Source: Felis catus (lineage: Eukaryota). Taken from it: a stretch of 60,000 nucleotides of DNA. Of the stretch, positions 52,290 through 60,000 are shown piece by piece. Both the position numbers and the translations under genes were made by a program. How positions within the stretch are numbered: the stretch's first letter is position 1; every line of letters starts with the position of its first letter. The notes below the pieces were generated by a model that saw nothing but the letters and a program-made list of their open reading frames with translations, had not been told where the DNA came from and did no database searches. Where the stretch lies: positions 6,822,001 to 6,882,000 of the forward strand of contig NC_058369.1 in assembly GCF_018350175.1 (NCBI RefSeq), given 5' to 3'.

Positions 52290-53345
52290 CATAATTTCAA
52301 CCCATGATCCACTGATGTGAAAAAAATGTACACTGAAACCATCGTGATGAAATTGAAAATGTTGTTTATGAAATTCTAAAGTCTTGTCTATATTGATCAC
52401 AGAATTGTTTACAGATTATAGACTAAAATCTGCCGTATGAAATATACAGAATGAAAATTAATGTTCAAGAAACATTCGATGACTCTTGGAAAAAATCATC
52501 ACTGTTTGCATTTTTATGTAGCTTATCTGTATTTATAAATATATATTTTTATACCCACATATATAAACTGTGTTTTCACACTTAGAGTTAGAATCTGGTT
52601 TCCTGATATCACTAATTAGATAGAGACGCCCTTGCTTATATCTAAAGACAGGAATCCAAGGGTGCCTGGGTGGCTCAGTTGGTTGAGCATCCGACTTCAG
52701 AGCAGGTCATCATCTCATGGCTCCTGAGCTCGAGCCCCGCATCAAGCTCTGTGCTGACAGCTCAGAGCTTGGATTCTGCTTCAGATTCTGTCTCCATCTT
52801 TCTCTCTGCCCCTACCCCGCTTGTGCTCTCTCTCTCATATAAAATAAACATAAAAAAATTTAAAGACAGGAATCCAATTAGAGAAGGATGGTGTGTCCAC
52901 ACATGCAAAGTATGTGAAATGGGGGTGAGCATGAACAGATGGAGAGAACTACATGGCGTGTGTGTGTGTGTGTGTGTGTGTGACCTCACGGGGTCAGGGA
53001 TCAACTATCCTGAATTCTATTCTTCTACAGTTTTAGTCTTTAAGGATCTACACTGTCCTGGGATCCAAATAACAATAAAAGTGTTTGTCTAATGAGGAGC
53101 TTTGGATATTGAATCCTCAGGGATGCAGAGACTGCAAATAGTCTGTCTATGACCACCTCACTCAACAGCCCTGCCCAGTCAGGAAACAACACGTGAGGCA
53201 CCTCCCAGAAATGATCCCACTTGCCTAGAAATGTGGGGCTTCACTCGATCACTCTGCCCTTATCAGAGACAGACCTACTGTTTCCATCATTCAAATCCAG
53301 AGAAGATGTCAAGTGTCATCCAGCAATGATGTCAGCCAGGTAACA
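52290..53345 (+). promoter_or_regulatory. Putative promoter and first non-coding exon of OR7G copy 2
   Basis: CTAATTAG at 52612-52619, CAATTAG at 52875-52881, TAATGA at 53090-53095, O/E-like TCCTCAGGGA at 53114-53123, and donor CAG|GTAACA at 53340. Confidence 0.68.
52660..52860 (+). mobile_element. SINEC inserted in the OR7G copy 2 upstream region
   Basis: TSD taaagacaggaatccaa at 52643-52659 and 52861-52877. Confidence 0.92.
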
Positions 53346-54818
53346 GAAAGTCCCTTAGACAATGCTTTGGGCATGAGGGAAGGTGTTTATTAGAATTGTA
53401 ACCCTGCATAGCCATTCGGAGAGTCCATGCCTAAGATGACCAGTACTAAATCCCCAATGGGACTCCTGCTTGAATATCATCATCTTGACATGTTATTTTG
53501 TACCTCCTCAACAATGCTAATGAGGCTCTTATTCTGCTAGTTTTCTATTCCGTCTATTTAATGGCAGGAACCATTTTGATCATGAGCTTAAATCCTCCCC
53601 TTCACAAACATGATGATTATTATGAAATTCTCTGACACTTACTTGTATCCTTTGGTGGCGGAAGGGAGAGATATCAGCTTCATTTTAACTCCCGTACATT
53701 ATACAGAAGAACCTTGGTGTTATATTTGTAGCCTGGTTGTGAAGACCTAGAAGAAAGAAGTGTAGACTCAGACAGACAGAGCAGGCTATCTCCTTCATCT
53801 GCACATTCCTTTTCATAAAAATACCATATATTTTAAATTATAATAATGGCATAGATATTATAACAATAAATTTAATATGCTACCATTAACACATTTCCAG
53901 AATTAACACATGTTGGCATTCTACTATATCATCTCATGTCTATTTTTTTAATTAACAAAATAACGTAAATGCAGAAGGCATTCTTTTCTTGTACCCCTTA
54001 TTTCCCCCTCACAGAGGAAACACCAGTGTAATGGTGTCCCCCAAGCATGCTTTCATGTTGTGTGTATATGTATATGATATGTGTGTATACATTTATGGTA
54101 TTTTATATGAATAATTTTATCTCTTGTTGGTTTTCATTTCTTATATTGATTCACAGATCCAATTTCTTGTAATATTTATTTTAATTGCTTTATGTCCATG
54201 CCAAATAAACATTGATATATTGATATTCCCCCCTTTCCCCTGTAATATGATCAAGATTCTCCAAGGGAGTTTCAGCACGTAAACCCATTCCTGAAATTTG
54301 CAATTATCACACTAAGGATGTTTTCTTACTTTTCTTTTTCCTCAACTTGCCCCAACCCATCCTAGGAGTGAAACATGCCAGATGCTGTTGTTTATGACAG
54401 AAAAAAAAATCACAATAGGAAATGTCACTATGAGGGTCTCATTAGCTAAACACTGCGCAGACTGATTTAAGCCTATTCATTTTTTATCATCACAACTCCA
54501 TAAAGTATTCTGATAGTTCCTAATATACACACAAGAATACCGAGATTCTAATACAGTTAAAACCTTTTCCCTATTCACAAAGCAAGTACTGGAGCCTGGA
54601 TTAAGTTCAGAGCGTGTGGATCTAAGTATTATACCAAGTGACTGATCCTCTGATGGCCACTGTGTCCCACAAGAAAAGACAACCACTATTGCACAGGGAC
54701 ATGCTTCTTAGGATGCCTGGTGCCAGTGTCATCTTATGAGTCTGTCTTCCAAAGACAAATAGCTATTATTTTTATCTGTCTATGCATTTCATCCTTTCTC
54801 CCATTTAGCTTGGGCTAT

Positions 54819-54857
<39 letters not shown>

Positions 54858-55164
54858 GTGATCATATGTCACCTACTGTATTAGGGGAAGAAGATCCCTA
54901 AAGATAAGACTGATTTTGTAACTTTATTCTTATATTTCTGATTGTTTGAAGGTGTGGAATAATTCTAAAGGAATAAAGCCATGTCTTCTCTATTTCATTC
55001 TTGACACAATGTGTTACACACTCATTGCTCATTAGAATTTTGGCTGATTAACTGAATGGAGGGAAGAAGATGAGGGAAAGAAGAAGGATGCAGGGAGAAA
55101 TACACAGAGGGAAAGTTTCAAATATCCATTTAGGTTCACAATATAGATAAACATTTTTCTAGAA

Positions 55165-55331
55165 CCGCAGTTCTCAGACTTTATCATATGTCAGAATCAT
55201 TGGAGACCTTGTTAAAGTAGACTGCTGATCACCCACCCTGGAGCTTTTCCTCAATAAGTCTGGAGTCCAAATATTGCAATTTCCAACAAATTCCCAGGTA
55301 CTGCTGCTGTTGGTCCAGCAACCATACATTG
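55165..55331. mobile_element. MER5A-like element upstream of the OR7G copy 2 coding exon
   Basis: cagttctcagacttt...tcagaatcattggagaccttgttaaagtagactgctg...ttgcaatttccaacaaattcccaggtactgctgctgttggtccagcaaccatac. Same position as in copy 1. Confidence 0.65.
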
Positions 55332-55366
55332 TATTCTCTTGTCACCCAATATTTTATATCAACAAC

Positions 55367-56287
55367 ATGGAACCCAGAAACCAAACGGATGTATCAGAGT
55401 TTCTTCTTCTGGGATTGACCGAGGATCCAGAACTGCAGCCCATACTCTTCTGCCTATTCCTGCTCATGTACCTGGTCACCATCTTGGGAAACCTGGTCGT
55501 TATCCTGGCCGTCAGCTCGGACTCCCACCTCCACACCCCCATGTACTTCTTCCTCTCCAACCTGTCCTTTACTGACATCTGTTTAAGCACAACCATGATC
55601 CCAAAGATGCTGGTGAACATCCAGGCACAGAATCGGCACATAAGTTACACAGGCTGCATCACCCAGATCTGCTTTGTCTTGGTTTTTCTTGGTTTTGAAA
55701 ATTTTCTCCTTGCAGCAATGGCCTATGACCGCTATGTTGCCATTTGTCACCCACTGAGGTACACGGTCATCATGAACCCCTGCCTCTGTGGATTGTTAAT
55801 TCTACTCCCCTTGTATGTTAGCATCATGGATGCCCTCCTCCACAGTATGATGGTGTTGCAATTGTCCTTCTGCATTGACTTGGAAATCCCCCACTTTTTC
55901 TGTGAACTTGCACAGGTCATCAAGCTTGCATGTTCTGATTCCTTCATCAATACCCTCTTGGCTAATTTTATGGCTAGTACACTGAGTGGTATTTCTCTCT
56001 TTGGGATCATTTTCTCTTATACTAAAATTCTATCTTCACTTTTAAGAATGCCATCAGCTGGCAGAAATTATAAAGCCTTTTCCACCTGTGGGTCTCATCT
56101 CTTAGTTGTTTCCTTGTTCTATGGGACAGGATTAGGGGTGTACATTAGTTCTGCAGTTACTGACTCTTCCAGAAAGACTTCAGTAGCTTCAGTGATGTAC
56201 ACTGTGGTTCCTCAATTGATGAACCCCTTTATTTATAGCCTGCGTAACAGGGATATGAAGGAAGCCTTGAGAAGAATCATCAGGTAG
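55367..56287 (+). CDS. Olfactory receptor family 7 subfamily G, 306 aa
   Basis: Intact ORF from MEPRNQTD (ATG at 55367) with all OR motifs and a short C-tail RRIIR*. Confidence 0.9.
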   Translation: MEPRNQTDVSEFLLLGLTEDPELQPILFCLFLLMYLVTILGNLVVILAVSSDSHLHTPMYFFLSNLSFTDICLSTTMIPKMLVNIQAQNRHISYTGCITQICFVLVFLGFENFLLAAMAYDRYVAICHPLRYTVIMNPCLCGLLILLPLYVSIMDALLHSMMVLQLSFCIDLEIPHFFCELAQVIKLACSDSFINTLLANFMASTLSGISLFGIIFSYTKILSSLLRMPSAGRNYKAFSTCGSHLLVVSLFYGTGLGVYISSAVTDSSRKTSVASVMYTVVPQLMNPFIYSLRNRDMKEALRRIIR

Positions 56288-56964
56288 GATAACTTTTATT
56301 TAATGATTCTGTCATCATATTTGAGTCAGATTTTTAGAATGAGTCAAAGTAAAAGGTATTCTGGTGTTTCAGATCTATCACCAAGATCATCTAAAATGAC
56401 TAGATAACATGATGGCCACATCAACTTGGGCTTCATATCTGATTTTGTGATGTTTGAGAAGTGATTTCAAGTGTCTAAATTCAGTTCTTTGGGTCATGTT
56501 CCATAGAGGGAGAACCTGAATCCTGGGATCTTGTTATAGTGATTTTGGGGGACAGCATGTTCAGAATAAGGTGGGAGAAGATGGATAGGGCAGGCAAAAG
56601 GTATATGCAACGTCATGGTTACAGGTACAGACTAGCTTCCACCTTATCCCACAGCTAGGACCGTGAGAATCTTCCCCCAGACAGGCATTCACCGTGAGGC
56701 AAGAAAGCTGGCCTTTCTTACTCCCACGCAGTAATCACTGAGAGTTGTCTCTATCAAACTCTATCTCTCTGGAGCAACATAAGAATCCACCAAACTCAGT
56801 TTTATCATCTGTAGCATCAGTGAAATCTGATTATCTCAGTGGTTTTAGGCAGTTGTGAGATATGTGAACTTGAAACTGAAAGTCTTTGGTTCTTATAATA
56901 AAAAGAACAATTTCTTTAATATTCTCAAACAAGAAAGTTAGCTATCTTTTTTTCTTCTTTAAAA

Positions 56965-59295
56965 ATTTTTTTTAATATTTATTTTTGAGAGCGAGAGACA
57001 GAGTATAATTGGGGGAGGGGCAGAGAGAGAGGGAGACACAGAACCCTAAGCCAGCTCCAGTCTCTGAGTTATTAGTGCAGAGCCCGATGTGGGTCTCAAA
57101 CTCACAAACTGTGTGATCATGACCTGAGCCGAAGTCGGACGCTTAACTGACTGAGCCACCCAGGCACCCCTCTTCTTCTTCTTCTTTTTTTAAGTTTACT
57201 GTTTATTTTGAGAGAGAGAGAACATGAGCATGAAGGGAAGGGCAGAAAGAGAGGGAGAGAGAATCCCAAGCACGCTCCACGCTGTCAGCACAGAGCCCCA
57301 TTTGGGGCTTGATCTCACAAATCATGAGATTGTGACCTGAACCGAGATCAAGAACCAGAGTATTAACCGAGTGAGCCACTCAGGTTCTCCAGGAGCTATT
57401 TTTTTGTACAGGGACTTCAGAGATAGGGAATGTACATGGATGGGAGAGTAGGAATTTATTTAGCTTTAGATGAAGTGGCTTCATTCAAGATCAGATGGTG
57501 GCGGCAGACACAGGTGTCATATTCAGCTTGATGCCCAGGGACAGAAAACGTCTTTCCCTGAGCCATTTGATAATTGGTCTTTCCATGGCATCATTCAAAA
57601 CATATCCCCTTAAGTCTCATCGCTGAGAAGAGAATCATGTGCTCCTTCTTAATCTAATTACTGGTGTGGGAGAAATGATTAAAATCAAAGCCTTAGACTG
57701 ACTGAGGTTAATTCTTGTTGGGCAATCAACTGTCATAACTATTACAAGCACCTAATACGATGCCTGACATACTGGGGAACTCAACAGCATCTAACTGGTA
57801 CCATAGTTTTTCATATCTTATCTATATTCATAAGTTTAATAATCCTTTTGAACTCACATCTTTTTGCCACCTGTTTCTACATTTATATTTGTTTATCTTT
57901 ACTGCAGCTTTTCTGGTCTGAGCAATATAATCATTAATTATTGAGTAGGTAGGATAATGGGTGTTCATCTTTTTTCCTGACACTCTATTTGCTTCGATTC
58001 CTTCTCATTTATTTATTTTTTAAAAAGCCTGCTTATTTTGAGAGAGAGGGAGGGGAAGGGGCAGAGAGGGAGAGAGAGAATCCCAAGCAGGCTCTGCACT
58101 GTCAGTGTAGAACCCAACACGACGCTCCATCTCGAACCTTGAGATCATAACCGGAGCCAAAATCAAGAGTCAGACACTTAACCCACTGAGCCACCCAGGT
58201 GCCCCTCTTTGATGTATTAAGAATGTACCTTAAAAAAATAAAAGAATTATCTGTGTTTTAATTTATTTCTTTAGTTACCTCTCCATGCAGTATTTCTCAC
58301 TCATCTCAGGAGGGGTCCACACAGAGATATATGACTGAGTAAAATTGATGGAATGACTGAAGTCTTAAAGAGGTGGCTGCTAAATTAGGGCTTTTATGGA
58401 AAACATTATCATGTGTTATTATGAAGAAAACAGTGTTTCTGCAGAGAAGACGTTGAGTGTAAAATAAGACAGGATAAAAGAAGTTGGTAGCATTAGGGGC
58501 CATCACTTTTTCCACAAGTACAAAAATGTGGAGCCATCAGACAGAAGTATCTTTATGGCTGTGTGTATTAGGGGAGAAGGACGGAGTTCTCCCAGCATAA
58601 CCAAAGGAGTGCCATTCCTTGAGGAGGTATTGTGTCAGCACCACAGATGGGGGACAGCTCCCTGCCTGCTGCCCTGGTGAGTCTTCTACTGCAGAACTCT
58701 CTCCATTGACACCCACAGAACACCTGCACAGATGGATGGCCTGAGGCACTTGTCCACACTGCAGATTTCTGATCTGCCTCTGAGAACTACTGACTTTGTA
58801 TCACTGGAGAGACATCGAAAGGATGAGTTTGTAAATAAGTACTTTGTAAATTTCTGATACACTCCAAAGTCTGAGAAACATGACATAAATATTAAAAGAA
58901 CATGGAAGAATATATTTGTATTTCAGAATATGAAAGACCTTACTTCAATTTTACTCGTTAAAACATCGTAGATGAAGTGGCATATAAAATACATCTATAG
59001 TTCTTAAATGGTAATATGATGAAAACATAATACCCATTACCAGGTTAAAGCACAGAATATACTTGAAGAGGGGCGCCTGGGTGGCTCAGTTGGTTAAGCA
59101 TCTGACTTTGGCTCAGGTCATGATCTTGCGGTCCGTGAGTTCGAGCCCCGCGTCAGGCTCTGTGCTGACAGCTCAGAGCCTGGAGCCTGCCTCAGATTCT
59201 GTGTTTCCCTCTCTCTCTGACCCTCCCCCATTCATGCTCTGTCTCTCTCTGTCTCAAAAATAAATAAACGTTAAAAAAATGTTTTTAAAAAGAAA
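56965..59295. mobile_element. SINECs at ~56965-57170 (minus), ~57185-57390 (minus), ~58010-58205 (minus) and ~59089-59295 (plus)
   Basis: SINEC signatures; the intervening sequence is not all repeat. Confidence 0.85.
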
Positions 59296-59309
59296 AAGAA
59301 TATACTCGA

Positions 59310-60000
59310 AGAGTTTCCAAGTCACATCACCTTTCCCATCCCAGAGGTAACCACTAGTCTGAATTCTATATGCACCATTTCTTTAATGTTTTAGTCCATT
59401 GAATTCTATGAAATTGCCTGTATTTTGTCATGTTTCCTCTACACACAGACATATTCATAGGATTCAACTGCGTCTTTCTATCACCCTGTATATATCCCTA
59501 TACCATTTGTTAACTATATTCTAAAATAAATTTGCCTCTTTTTGAACTTATTAAAAGTTTAGTCTTTAAGTTTGAATTCTGTGTCTTATTTTTTGCATCA
59601 TTTTGCCATTGGGTTTCAAACCTTTTGTGGGGTATATATAGCACTAATTTATTCACTTTCTATACCATATAATTTGACATTGTGAAGGATGATATCACAA
59701 AATAGTAGTCCATTCCCTCATGGATGGAACATTTGGTAGCTTGTTTTCCACTATTATGAATACCACAGTTTGAATAATCTCATACATATCTCCTGGCAAA
59801 AACGAGGGAAAGTTTTATACTAGGAACCAAGTTATTGGATATAAGGGCCTATTCTCCTTTGGGTGGTTCAAACAAGTTTTTCAAAGTGGTTGAGTCAATT
59901 TTAATTCTCATATGATGTTTCTTGAGATCCACATCACTTCCCAACACGACTCTAACAATCTAGTGGTTGTAAAACATTATCTCAATAATTTAGATTTCTC
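59310..60000 (-). mobile_element. Old L1ME-like 3' fragment
   Basis: ccagaggtaaccactagtctgaatt...ttttcaaagtggttgagtcaattttaattctca...ccacatcacttcccaacac. Confidence 0.55.

Noticed and set aside
55274..55366. N-terminal extension of the 337-aa OR7G ORF
   Set aside because: TTG start inside a MER5A-like element; the canonical start is MEPRN at 55367.
2465..59263. Family of similar short ORFs (AWVAQSVKRPTSAQVMIS...) and tRNA-like A/B boxes
   Set aside because: All are translations or heads of tRNA-derived SINEC elements, not proteins or tRNA genes.

Overview
Mammalian genomic DNA, most likely felid (cat-type SINEC_Fc/CanSINE elements and carnivore L1s). The window is part of an olfactory receptor (OR) cluster with four intact single-coding-exon class II OR genes. 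Two are OR1M1-like paralogues on the minus strand (1239-2180 and 27608-28549) and two are OR7G-like paralogues on the plus strand (48759-49697 and 55367-56287). The two pairs are divergently oriented, and each pair arose by an old local duplication. Most intergenic and intronic sequence is transposon-derived: about 25 SINEC copies, several L1s, an ERVL/MER21-like proviral remnant with an integrase trace, MLT1, MIR/L2, MER5A, MER20 and MER53. The most notable observations are: (1) the OR1M pair is near-identical only over the coding exon/3' region and a separate ~1 kb putative promoter/5'-exon block, while intervening flanks are strongly diverged, which suggests gene conversion; (2) two unassigned retroposed mRNA-like inserts with AATAAA, an A-tail and target-site duplications; (3) conserved homeodomain plus O/E promoter motifs in both OR7G copies, one split by a SINE; (4) repeated insertion into identical target sites; and (5) a twin-primed L1. 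No prokaryotic-type system or CRISPR array is present. Repeat family names and boundaries are by eye and approximate.
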